A stretch of DNA of 16,599 nucleotides from Thermodesulfobacteriota bacterium (lineage in GTDB: Bacteria; Desulfobacterota_D; UBA1144; Nemesobacterales; N074bin48): positions 1 to 16,599 of the forward strand of contig JBFFSH010000057.1 in NCBI GenBank assembly GCA_041572575.1, read 5' to 3'. The notes under the pieces were generated by a model. The model made no database searches, was not told where the DNA came from, and was given only the letters and a program-made list of their open reading frames with translations. The position numbers and the translations under genes are program-made. Each line of letters begins with the position of its first letter. The first letter of the stretch is position 1. This document shows, piece by piece, positions 1-8,676 of the stretch.

Positions 1-210
1 ACAATGGAATTGACAGAAAACACTTTGTTTTGTATCTAAAAGAGATGGAATTTAGATTTAATAACAGAAATGTAGATTTAGTTAATAAAATAAAGGAGAT
101 TCTGCATTACTTATAGCTCTGTTCTATGCGAGCTCCTTAATTTTTTATTTCTATGCTTCACTTTTAATAAAAAACATATATAATTTAGAAATATTAAACA
201 GGTATGCACT

Positions 211-399
211 ATGGATGATGTGAAGAAAGGAATAACCGAGACTAAAGTAGCAGCTTCTGAATCTGCCAATTCAAACAAAAAGCTTTATAAAAAGCCTGAA
301 TTAAAAAATTACGGCAAGCTTAAGGATATAACCCTTGGTGGTTCCCCCGGCGGTGGTGACTCTGGAAATCCTGGTGTTGAGCTTCCTCCCGGACCATAA
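211..399 (+). CDS. Lasso-peptide-type RiPP precursor (42-aa leader + 20-aa Gly/Pro-rich core GGSPGGGDSGNPGVELPPGP)
   Basis: The leader has the lasso consensus YxxPxLxxxGxxxxxT (YKKPELKNYGKLKDIT), with Y at -17, P at -14, L at -12 and T at -2. The predicted core (337-396) starts with Gly and has Asp at position 8. A weak RBS (AGGT, 200-203) lies upstream, and an HPrK-like kinase gene is adjacent. Confidence 0.85.
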   Translation: MDDVKKGITETKVAASESANSNKKLYKKPELKNYGKLKDITLGGSPGGGDSGNPGVELPPGP

Positions 400-416
400 G
401 CCAGCAATCAGAAATA

Positions 417-1325
417 TTGTATTTTTATATATCCAGTAAGAAATCCTCAAAATATTTTTACAATTATAGAATATGTGGAACTAGTTTATATTCCGATACG
501 GGAATAAGGGAGCTTACTGCTTTTCATAAAGGCAAAACCTTAAATAATATTGACTCATCCTCACCCATAAAACAAACAGGTGATTTTGATCTTGTTTATA
601 ATGGCCCCGGTTTCATTGCTGACAAGATAAGAGAAGTCCGGCTTTATTCCAGAAAATCTCAGTATAAGCTTTTTATAAAAGATATAGCAACACTCATAAT
701 TGACTATAGCAGTGAAAACAAAATAATATATCTACTACAAACAGATACGGCTGATATTTCATTGCTTATAGAAGCCCTGCTGGGTCCTGCTCTTATTCTT
801 TGTCTCGCATTAGATGGAATATTTTGCTTTCATGCAAGTGCAGTTAAGTATAAAAACAAGGCTCTTTTGTTTATAGGCAGATCCGGTGCAGGCAAATCCA
901 CACTGGCTGAGTATTTGAAAAATTATTCGGAGGGTAAAATTATTAGATTAGCCGACGATATAGCTCCAGTTAAGATGGAGAATAACATTGCTTATATAAT
1001 GCCTCATTTCCCCCAGCTAAAATTGCCCGATGAGAAGCAGTACCCGGTAAAATCTTCACAAAAATTGGAGATATCAGCTATTTACCACTTAAAAAAAGAT
1101 AATAGAAGAAATTCTATTTATATTAAAGAACTAAATTCTACCGAAAAAGCCCTTACTATTATATCAAATACAGTTGCATCAAGACTTTTTGATGGATCTC
1201 TGAATAAAGATCATATAAGATTTTCCACCGATCTTGCAAATGCCGTGTCCCTAAATAATATGGTCTATCCTCACCGTAAAGTTATCCTTAATAATATCTT
1301 AAACCAAATTATCAAAAAGCAATAA
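417..1325 (+). CDS. HPr kinase-related P-loop kinase (lasso/PqqD-cluster type)
   Basis: Contains FHASAV followed by Walker A GRSGAGKST, then the LADD acidic pair, the signature of HPrK-like kinases found in paeninodin-type clusters. The TTG start lies 17 nt after the precursor stop; the exact start is uncertain. Confidence 0.8.
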   Translation: MYFYISSKKSSKYFYNYRICGTSLYSDTGIRELTAFHKGKTLNNIDSSSPIKQTGDFDLVYNGPGFIADKIREVRLYSRKSQYKLFIKDIATLIIDYSSENKIIYLLQTDTADISLLIEALLGPALILCLALDGIFCFHASAVKYKNKALLFIGRSGAGKSTLAEYLKNYSEGKIIRLADDIAPVKMENNIAYIMPHFPQLKLPDEKQYPVKSSQKLEISAIYHLKKDNRRNSIYIKELNSTEKALTIISNTVASRLFDGSLNKDHIRFSTDLANAVSLNNMVYPHRKVILNNILNQIIKKQ

Positions 1326-1591
1326 ACAAAGTGACAATTTCTGCCACAATTATAGCTTTATAAAGCACAATATGTCATGCCCCTTGTTGTATTACCTTAA
1401 ACTGGTTTATTAAATATCATCACTTCATACTATTAATTTATTGTGTTTATGAACCTGATACCATATATTTGATTTACACTGAAACCAAGTACCACATTGA
1501 CTATTACCGGCGATACTTAATACCAAAGCAGCAATAAGCTCCAATGATGATATTAACTCAAATATACAAAGCAGTTTCGAATAATTATTAA

Positions 1592-1607
1592 CGGCATAAA
1601 TATTGCA
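1592..1607 (+). promoter_or_regulatory. Sigma-54 (-24/-12) promoter for the large secreted protein gene
   Basis: CGGCAT-AAATA-TTGCA: GG at 1593-1594 and GC at 1605-1606 with exact N10 spacing. It closely matches TGGCAC-N5-TTGCW and lies ~100 nt upstream of the GTG at 1705. Confidence 0.6.
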
Positions 1608-1704
1608 GTACTCATCTAATACTCTTTCAATATTCGAGAGTACACAATACAGGTAGAGGGGAAATAATAATTGATAAATCTAATTATTATTAAGAGATTA
1701 AACT

Positions 1705-3894
1705 GTGGATTATATTTTTCAAAATAGAACGAGCAGGCTTCTTATCTCGCTAATTATTCTTTTATTAACCGCTAATTTTTCTATAGCAGCAATTTTTACT
1801 TATGACAATGCAACACCCGGCACTTTAAATGAAGTAGCAGCATCATGCGGTTCTCCATTAATCCGAAACTTCTCGGTTACCGATAATTTTACTATTAATG
1901 ATCTCAATGTGGGTTTCAATGCTAATCACACTTTTAGGGGCGATATTATTGTAGATCTTGAGTCCCCTATGGGAACCACGGTTAGAATTATTAGTTCTAA
2001 TGGTGGAGACGGTAACAACAACTACGATCTGCTTTTAGATAGTGCATCAGGCAACCCCATAAACGATGGTAACGGTGACAATACCGCTGTACCCATTTAT
2101 GACGGTGACAGAACTGCCGCACCAAGCAGCACCCTAAATGTATTTAACGGTCAAAATGCTAACGGCATATGGGAAATGCGTATATGTGATACGTTTGCAG
2201 GTAACGGTGGTACTTTTAACAGCGCCAGGCTTGTTTTTGATGGAACTTCAGTAAAGAACCCCGGAGAAGTTACAGGAACAGCTTTCAGGGATTACAATGC
2301 AAACGGCTCTCAGGATACAAACGAGCCGGGAATATCGGGCATAGAAGTATTTGCAACAGACGAAAACGGGACTACTGCCTCCACAACAACAGGCAGTGAC
2401 GGCTCATACATCATAGCAGCCGGTGCAGGGCTTACCGGAAACGTAAGAATTGAGTTTTCTCTTCCAGCTGGCGGCGCACTTGATTTTCTTGAAGACGGCG
2501 CCCCGGGGGCTACAAATGTGCAATTTTTTGATATAACAAGCGGAGCATGCGCAAACGCAGCATTTAATAATCCAGCACAGTTCTGCGAGTCTAATCCCAC
2601 AATGGTTACAAACTGTTACGTTGACGGAGACAACCTCATAGGGCCAAACCAGGATCAGGATGTATTGGTATCTTTCCCATTTAATTCATCAGGAGATATA
2701 ACTCCTCCTAATCACGAGGCAGAAGCCGAGCAGATCGGTACTACATGGGGACTTGCTTACCAGCGGTCATCAGACACACTTTTTGCAGGAGCATTCCAGA
2801 AAAGACACACGGGATACGGCCCTAACGGCACATGTGCCATATATGAGCTGGAAAACCCCGGAGACAATCAGGATGGTGACGGAGATGCGGGTATAGCACC
2901 TGCTCTTTTTGTAGACCTAAACTCCACATTTTCAGTAAACTGCGGTACTAACCCTCACCCAGGAGGTACAAATTTTTCAGTAGACAGCGCATCTTTTGAT
3001 GCTGTGGGGAAAAGAGCTCTTGGAGATATGGACATCTCAGAGGACGACCTTACACTCTGGACTGTTAATCTGAACACAAAAGATTTAATTGAAATACCCC
3101 TTGGTACAGACCCTACGACTCCCACAGTACCAGGAGCTATATTTACTCATCCGACCACAGCGCTTGATGATGTATGTGCAGGCGCTCCTGTAAATGCAAG
3201 CGCTTCTGACTTCAGACCTTTTGCGCTTGAAGTTCATGACGGAAGGGTACTCCTTGGAGGAGTATGCAGCGCAGAGAGCAACGGACTTGTATCAAGCCTC
3301 TACGGCGTAGTATTTGAGTTTAACCCGGGAAACACAAGCGGCACTGGATCATTTAACACATCTCCACTACTGCTCTTTCCACTTAATTATGACAGAGGGT
3401 GCGGCTTTGGCATTGCTTCAATTACAACCTGCTTTGGTCCTGCAGATTGGGAACCATGGGTTGCAAACTGGGGCGGATTCTCTTGGAATGTATTATTTGG
3501 CGATGGAACCAGAGAGATAGGACTTCCACAACCTATGTTAACAGACTTAGAATTAACAGAAGAAGGAGATCTTATAATTGGACTTAGGGACCGATTTGGT
3601 GACCAAACGGGTTTTGCTGAGCTTGCAACTAATCCTCCGGGAGGAGGTACCATTTTTTCGGGTGATGGTGAAGGTGATATACTCCTTGCAACATCCAATG
3701 GAAGTGGATGGAACCAGCCATCTGTACCTGCAGACGGCACATCAGATACGGCATTTCCACCTACAAGCAATGAATTTTCTTTGCAGGCGACTTTTTCTTC
3801 GACACTGAGTTTCTCCACGAAGAAACATCAATGGCCGGTCTTGCGCTTGTACTTGGGACAGCAACCCCGGCTTACACTGTTATGGATCCTGTGA
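1705..3894 (+). CDS. N-terminal part of a frameshifted large secreted protein: signal peptide, proprotein-convertase P-domain, SdrD-B-like domain, probable beta-rich domain
   Basis: Hydrophobic signal peptide (LLISLIILLLTANFSIA). P-domain motifs HTFRGDIIVDLESPMGTTV and FNGQNANGIWEMRICD. SdrD-B motif GTAFRDYNANGSQDTNEPGISGIEV...TTTGSDGSY. The genuine frame appears to end near 3777; the last ~38 aa look out of frame. Confidence 0.8.
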   Translation: MDYIFQNRTSRLLISLIILLLTANFSIAAIFTYDNATPGTLNEVAASCGSPLIRNFSVTDNFTINDLNVGFNANHTFRGDIIVDLESPMGTTVRIISSNGGDGNNNYDLLLDSASGNPINDGNGDNTAVPIYDGDRTAAPSSTLNVFNGQNANGIWEMRICDTFAGNGGTFNSARLVFDGTSVKNPGEVTGTAFRDYNANGSQDTNEPGISGIEVFATDENGTTASTTTGSDGSYIIAAGAGLTGNVRIEFSLPAGGALDFLEDGAPGATNVQFFDITSGACANAAFNNPAQFCESNPTMVTNCYVDGDNLIGPNQDQDVLVSFPFNSSGDITPPNHEAEAEQIGTTWGLAYQRSSDTLFAGAFQKRHTGYGPNGTCAIYELENPGDNQDGDGDAGIAPALFVDLNSTFSVNCGTNPHPGGTNFSVDSASFDAVGKRALGDMDISEDDLTLWTVNLNTKDLIEIPLGTDPTTPTVPGAIFTHPTTALDDVCAGAPVNASASDFRPFALEVHDGRVLLGGVCSAESNGLVSSLYGVVFEFNPGNTSGTGSFNTSPLLLFPLNYDRGCGFGIASITTCFGPADWEPWVANWGGFSWNVLFGDGTREIGLPQPMLTDLELTEEGDLIIGLRDRFGDQTGFAELATNPPGGGTIFSGDGEGDILLATSNGSGWNQPSVPADGTSDTAFPPTSNEFSLQATFSSTLSFSTKKHQWPVLRLYLGQQPRLTLLWIL

Positions 3895-6800
3895 ATACCG
3901 CATTTTCAAGCGGAATAGACTGGGTACAAACAACCGGATCAAAAGCAGATCATACGCACAGAAGCTATGAGATAATAGCGGGAGCCCCGGGAACCGGAAA
4001 AGCCGGAGGTCTTGGTGATCTGGAAGCGCTATGCAGCCCTGCTCCTATTGTTCTTGGCAACAGGGTATGGAATGATACGGATGCAGACTGGGTGCAGGAT
4101 CCGGGTGAGACAGGTCTTGGAAGTATAATAATTCAGATTTACTCCGATCCCGACGGCATACCTAACAATGGTTATGAAGTGTTGATAGGTACTACTACAA
4201 CCGATGGCAGCGGTAATTATCTTATAACGGATGCAGTTCTGCAAAACGGCCCGGACGGTATAAACGGCAATGGTGATGATGATCCAAATGCCGCCGTTAC
4301 GCTTAACACAAATTATCTTATAACCATCGATCCTTCACAGTCAGGTATTAGCACTAATAACTTTATTGTTACATTCCCGGACACTGACGAAGAACAAAGA
4401 GATTCGGATGCAACCCGACTTCTTAATAACGGAGGATCACTCACAGACTTCATTGCAATTCCTCTTAGCACATCAGGTGCAGGCGTAAATGACTATAATA
4501 TGGATTTTGGCTTTACGGCACAAGAGAACAATCCCGTTTCATTGTATTCGTTTGAGGCATATTACGTAGATAACTCCCTTAAGTTTGACTGGGTTACGGG
4601 TACTGAAACCCATAATGCAGGGTTTAACCTCTGGGTTGTTATTAATGGTAAAAAACACTACCTAAACGACGATATTATCCCAAGCCACCTCACAGATTCT
4701 CTTATCCCCCAGTACTATCAGCAGCTTATCCCAGCAGGTGATATTAAAGATGAATTTATGCTCCTTGGCCTCAGCAGTATTGATATAAAGGGCAAAGAAG
4801 AATTCCACGGCCCGTTTAAACTGGGTGAGAAATACGGAAGCGCTCCAGTAGATCAACAAATCGACTGGAGAGCCATAAGATCGGGTATTGATAAACAACT
4901 CGAATCCAAAAACCTTGTGCTAAGGGATAACAGCCTTAGAGCAGTTAACAAAGGTAAATTTACCACTACCCTTGCAAACAGCAGTAGTGCTGGAGGCGGC
5001 AACAATTCATCTCCAGACTCTGTATGCAATGTAACCGTAGGCTCAAGAGGTATTAACAGGGTAACATTTACCCAGCTTCAGTCTGCAGGATGTGATTATA
5101 CCGGAATAAACCCAACAGATATTGCAGTTATATATAAAGGCGCAGGTATTTCCAGATACATTGAATCAGGAAGCGCTAATGGGAAGAAGTTTAGCACGGG
5201 CGGTTATATTGACTTCTATGGAGAGCTCCCTCAAGACGGTGATTCTCTTTATCTTAAAGAAAATACTTATCAAATAAAAATAGACAGAACTCTTGCTGTT
5301 AACAGCAAATTAGTTAACTCTAAACCTAGTGGTTCGGATAGTTCTTATACAGAGACTACACTTAGACACCATAACCTAATCTACAGCTTTACCATGGCCT
5401 CAGAGAATGACCCATGGTATGAAAGAAGAATCTTTTCAAGAGGCAGCCCCGTATCTGCTGATTTTGAGGTAGTTACGGAGTCTGATGCCCTTACTACAGA
5501 TCCTGCCGTGCTTACAGTGAGTCTTGCAGGCGGGATAGATGCTCCAGGTGTTGATCCCGATCATCATGTAAAAATATATATAAATGGACATCAAGTAGGT
5601 GATTTCTTTAATAACGGTTTTGTGGACTGGTTAATAGAGATACCCCTTGCAGGGAACATCATATTACCGGGTTCAAATATTGTAACCGTAGAGGCTGTTG
5701 GAGATACGGGATTTCCGTTTGATATAGTGCTTTTAAACTATATTGAGCTTAGTTATGAAAGACCATATACAGCGGTAGCCGATAAACTGCTTTTTGAAGA
5801 GACAGTACAGTCTGATTTTGTAGTTACGGGGCTTAGCACGGACAGCGTTGTTTCTTATGCTTATGACGGAATTGATCTTTATATACTAAAAGCTGAAACT
5901 GCTGCAAATGCAGGAGTGTTTGATGTATCAATACCCGGGGTACAAAACAATAGTACATCTGCTGTTAAGTACTGGGTATCTGCAGAAAACAAGATAAACA
6001 ACACGCTTGTATCTCTTGCAAGGTCAAATACTGATATACTATCGGGGTTTGCCGATTATCTTATTATTGCACATCCGGCTTTTATAGGAGCAGAGCTTGA
6101 TGGTTATGTATCGCAGAAGGAGTCTGAGGGTTATGCAGTGAAGGTAGTTGATCTGCTTGATATATATGATGATCACGGCTCTGGTATGGCTACACCGTTT
6201 AGCATACGCAACTATCTCAAAGAGGCTGCTCCTTCAATAGGTTTTGATCATCTGCTTTTTGTGGGTGGGGATAGTTATGATTACCACAACAACACAAGCT
6301 CTGGGGTTATAAGTTTTATACCCACAATGTATGAGCTTACAAATGAGCTTATATTCTATACTCCTACAGACTCATTAATCGCTGATCTTGATGGGGATGA
6401 GATACAGGATCTTTCGATAGGCAGGTGGCCTGTAAGGAGCATTGATTACCTTGGTGCTATTATTAACAAGACCTCGACTTTTAGCTCTACCTCTACCTCT
6501 TCAGCATTATTGGTAGCTGAACATACCGATCCTTCCAAAGAACCTTTTAAGAATCAAACAGACAGGACAGCTAATAGGCTTCCATTTGAACCAGTTGATA
6601 TTGTTAAAGTATATGTGGATGACTTTTTGGATGCCGATCCGGATCTTACTATAAGCGGAGCTATAGCACAGACTAGAGATACTATGATATCAAGAATAAA
6701 TAACGGAACAAGCCTTACAATATTTGCTGGACATGGAGCGCCTACAATGTGGACATTTAACGGGCTTATGACACCAACTATTGCGCAGAATCTTACAAAC

Positions 6801-7115
6801 GCAGGGAAGCCCACATTTATTATGCCTCTTGCATGCTACACCACATATCACGTTATTCCTACGCTAAACTCTTTAAGCCATCAGCTTATGGCAGCAGGAG
6901 ACAAGGGAGCTGTGGTAGTTACCGGGGCTATATCACTCAGTACTCTTGCAGATAATGAAAAACTTGGGGATGGCATTATAGACAAAATGTTTTATGAAAA
7001 TAAAACCCTGGGACAGGCTGTAAAAGAAACTAAACAAATCTTGGGTACAGAGTTTAGGGATGTTGTTATAAACTGGCAGACGCTTGGTGATCCTACTCTA
7101 AAATTTAATCAATAA
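3831..7115 (+). CDS. C-terminal part of the same protein: SdrD-B-like domain, Ig-like PVxL module, C25 (gingipain/PorU-like) cysteine peptidase
   Basis: SdrD-B motif LGNRVWNDTD..QDPGE...DFGF, then PVSLYSFEA...DWVTGTETHNAGFNLW. C25 motifs ADYLIIAH, LLFVGGDSYDY, IGRWPVR, FAGHG (His 6732-6734), LACY (Cys 6834-6836) and LGDP. This frame is open from 3774, and its ATG has no RBS or signal peptide of its own. Confidence 0.85.
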   Translation: MAGLALVLGTATPAYTVMDPVNTAFSSGIDWVQTTGSKADHTHRSYEIIAGAPGTGKAGGLGDLEALCSPAPIVLGNRVWNDTDADWVQDPGETGLGSIIIQIYSDPDGIPNNGYEVLIGTTTTDGSGNYLITDAVLQNGPDGINGNGDDDPNAAVTLNTNYLITIDPSQSGISTNNFIVTFPDTDEEQRDSDATRLLNNGGSLTDFIAIPLSTSGAGVNDYNMDFGFTAQENNPVSLYSFEAYYVDNSLKFDWVTGTETHNAGFNLWVVINGKKHYLNDDIIPSHLTDSLIPQYYQQLIPAGDIKDEFMLLGLSSIDIKGKEEFHGPFKLGEKYGSAPVDQQIDWRAIRSGIDKQLESKNLVLRDNSLRAVNKGKFTTTLANSSSAGGGNNSSPDSVCNVTVGSRGINRVTFTQLQSAGCDYTGINPTDIAVIYKGAGISRYIESGSANGKKFSTGGYIDFYGELPQDGDSLYLKENTYQIKIDRTLAVNSKLVNSKPSGSDSSYTETTLRHHNLIYSFTMASENDPWYERRIFSRGSPVSADFEVVTESDALTTDPAVLTVSLAGGIDAPGVDPDHHVKIYINGHQVGDFFNNGFVDWLIEIPLAGNIILPGSNIVTVEAVGDTGFPFDIVLLNYIELSYERPYTAVADKLLFEETVQSDFVVTGLSTDSVVSYAYDGIDLYILKAETAANAGVFDVSIPGVQNNSTSAVKYWVSAENKINNTLVSLARSNTDILSGFADYLIIAHPAFIGAELDGYVSQKESEGYAVKVVDLLDIYDDHGSGMATPFSIRNYLKEAAPSIGFDHLLFVGGDSYDYHNNTSSGVISFIPTMYELTNELIFYTPTDSLIADLDGDEIQDLSIGRWPVRSIDYLGAIINKTSTFSSTSTSSALLVAEHTDPSKEPFKNQTDRTANRLPFEPVDIVKVYVDDFLDADPDLTISGAIAQTRDTMISRINNGTSLTIFAGHGAPTMWTFNGLMTPTIAQNLTNAGKPTFIMPLACYTTYHVIPTLNSLSHQLMAAGDKGAVVVTGAISLSTLADNEKLGDGIIDKMFYENKTLGQAVKETKQILGTEFRDVVINWQTLGDPTLKFNQ

Positions 7116-7127
7116 AAATAGTCTATG

Positions 7128-7166
7128 GGTAAACCGGAGTAATTTCGGTTTACCTTCTTTTACTTT
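7128..7166 (+). terminator. Intrinsic (rho-independent) terminator
   Basis: Perfect 9-bp stem GGTAAACCG (7128-7136) / CGGTTTACC (7146-7154), followed by TTCTTTTACTTT, 12 nt after the stop at 7115. Confidence 0.85.
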
Positions 7167-7263
7167 CAAGATATAAACTTATTACTACCTTACTATTTTG
7201 TAAAATCTCAGGGATTATATATATTTTATTTTTTATAATTCTTAAACACCCCGGAGGTCATAA

Positions 7264-7914
7264 ATGGAATTTTTCTTAGACACTGCAAACCTAGACGAAA
7301 TAAGAGACTGTGCAAGTTACGGCATTCTGGACGGGGTTACTACTAATCCTTCACTTGTCTCTAAAGAAGGAGAACAAAAGGGGTTCAAAGAACTTGTAAA
7401 AGAAATATGCGAGATAGTGGACGGCCCAGTGAGCGCCGAAGTGCTCAGCACCGATGTAGAAAGAATGATCTCCGAGGGAAAAGAACTAGCCGAGGTTGAC
7501 GACAGGATAGTTGTAAAAATGCCCCTTACTGAAGACGGGATAAAAGCTACAAAAATTCTTTCTGATGACGGAGTAAATGTAAATGTTACCCTCTGCTTCT
7601 CTCCAATGCAGGCTCTAATTGCAGCCAAGGCAGGTGCAGCATACATAAGCCCATTTGTAGGAAGGCTGGATGATATTTCAGAATCAGGAATGCAGCTTAT
7701 AAGGGACATTGTAAAGATTTATGATAACTACGATTTCAAAACCAAGGTTCTTGTGGCAAGCGTAAGGCACCCGGATCATATGGTAGAATCTGCAAAAGCA
7801 GGAGCTCATGTGGCTACACTGCCCTACAAGGTTTTCAAACAGCTTTTTAAACACCCGCTCACAGATATTGGGCTTGAAAGGTTCTTAGCCGATTGGGGAA
7901 ATGTTAAAAGCTGA
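7264..7914 (+). CDS. tal: Transaldolase (short TalC/FSA-family type)
   Basis: Motifs [15 protein letters not shown], Schiff-base Lys in VVKMP, NVTLCFS and SPFVGRLDD. Glu in SAEV and Phe in SPF indicate transaldolase rather than FSA (Gln/Tyr). GGAGG RBS upstream. Confidence 0.95.
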   Translation: MEFFLDTANLDEIRDCASYGILDGVTTNPSLVSKEGEQKGFKELVKEICEIVDGPVSAEVLSTDVERMISEGKELAEVDDRIVVKMPLTEDGIKATKILSDDGVNVNVTLCFSPMQALIAAKAGAAYISPFVGRLDDISESGMQLIRDIVKIYDNYDFKTKVLVASVRHPDHMVESAKAGAHVATLPYKVFKQLFKHPLTDIGLERFLADWGNVKS

Positions 7915-7920
7915 TGCATA

Positions 7921-8676
7921 TTATTCAGGCTTGGTTGCGTAAACCAAAAACTCTTTATTCCCCTCTGCTCCCAGGATTGGTGAATCAATAGTTTTTATAT
8001 CCTGCAGTCCCATATCTTTTAAATAATTCTCGACTTTATTTACTACGGCACGGTGTTTTTCCTTATCGCGGACTATGCCACCCTTTCCCACTTCACCTTT
8101 GCCCACTTCAAACTGAGGTTTGATGAGACCAATCAACGCCCCCCCACTTTTTAATATCGAGAGAGCAGGTTCTATGACCTTGGTTATGGAGATGAAAGAT
8201 ACGTCTATTGTAATTAAATCCACAGGTTCACCAATATCTTCTTGTTTTAGATACCTGGCATTTAACCGCTCTTTTAATATTACCCTTGGATCATTTCTTA
8301 GTTTCCAGTCAAGCTGTCCGTAGCCTACATCTATAGCATGAACCCTCAAAGCTCCGTGTTGCAATAGGCAGTCGGTAAATCCACCTGTGGATGAACCAAT
8401 ATCGAGACAAACTTTATCTCTAACATCAACATGAAATTCGATTAGAGCTTTTTCAAGCTTTAGCCCTCCCCTGCCTGCATATTTTGGGCGGGCATCTTTT
8501 ATGGTAATTTCCGAATCAAGGCTGATAATTTTTCCTGCTTTATCTATCTTTTGGCCGTCTACAAATACAGAGCCGGACATTAGAAGCGACTTTGCAGCAT
8601 TTCTGCTTTCTACAAAACCCCTTTCATGAAGAACAACATCTATTCTATCTTTTTTCTTAGTTTTTTCTGCTGCCAA
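7921..8676 (-). CDS. tlyA: TlyA family rRNA (cytidine-2'-O)-methyltransferase
   Basis: S4 domain (RIDVVL...SRNAAK) plus GRGGLKLEKAL, LDIGSSTGGFTDCLLQHGA, DVGYGQL, DVSFIS, LIKPQFE and GNKEF. The probable start is TTG at 8676, overlapping the ispA end; the ORF track extends to 8727. Confidence 0.93.
   Translation of the reverse strand: MAAEKTKKKDRIDVVLHERGFVESRNAAKSLLMSGSVFVDGQKIDKAGKIISLDSEITIKDARPKYAGRGGLKLEKALIEFHVDVRDKVCLDIGSSTGGFTDCLLQHGALRVHAIDVGYGQLDWKLRNDPRVILKERLNARYLKQEDIGEPVDLITIDVSFISITKVIEPALSILKSGGALIGLIKPQFEVGKGEVGKGGIVRDKEKHRAVVNKVENYLKDMGLQDIKTIDSPILGAEGNKEFLVYATKPE

Noticed and set aside
10..184. Promoter or structured-RNA candidates upstream of the precursor (TTGACA 10-15; TTCACT-N16-TATAAT 157-184; AAGGAG/CTCCTT and AGCTC/GAGCT inverted repeats)
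   Set aside because: The region is very AT-rich and the matches are short or poorly paired, so they cannot be distinguished from chance.
2310..6814. Alternative-frame and antisense ORFs inside the large secreted protein gene (e.g. 2310-2600, 3387-3818, 4029-4244, 4662-4898, 6554-6814)
   Set aside because: They are shadows of a strongly supported CDS and have no motifs or RBS.
7912..7923. Bidirectional terminator between convergent tal and tlyA
   Set aside because: Only 6 nt separate the two stops and no stem-loop is present.
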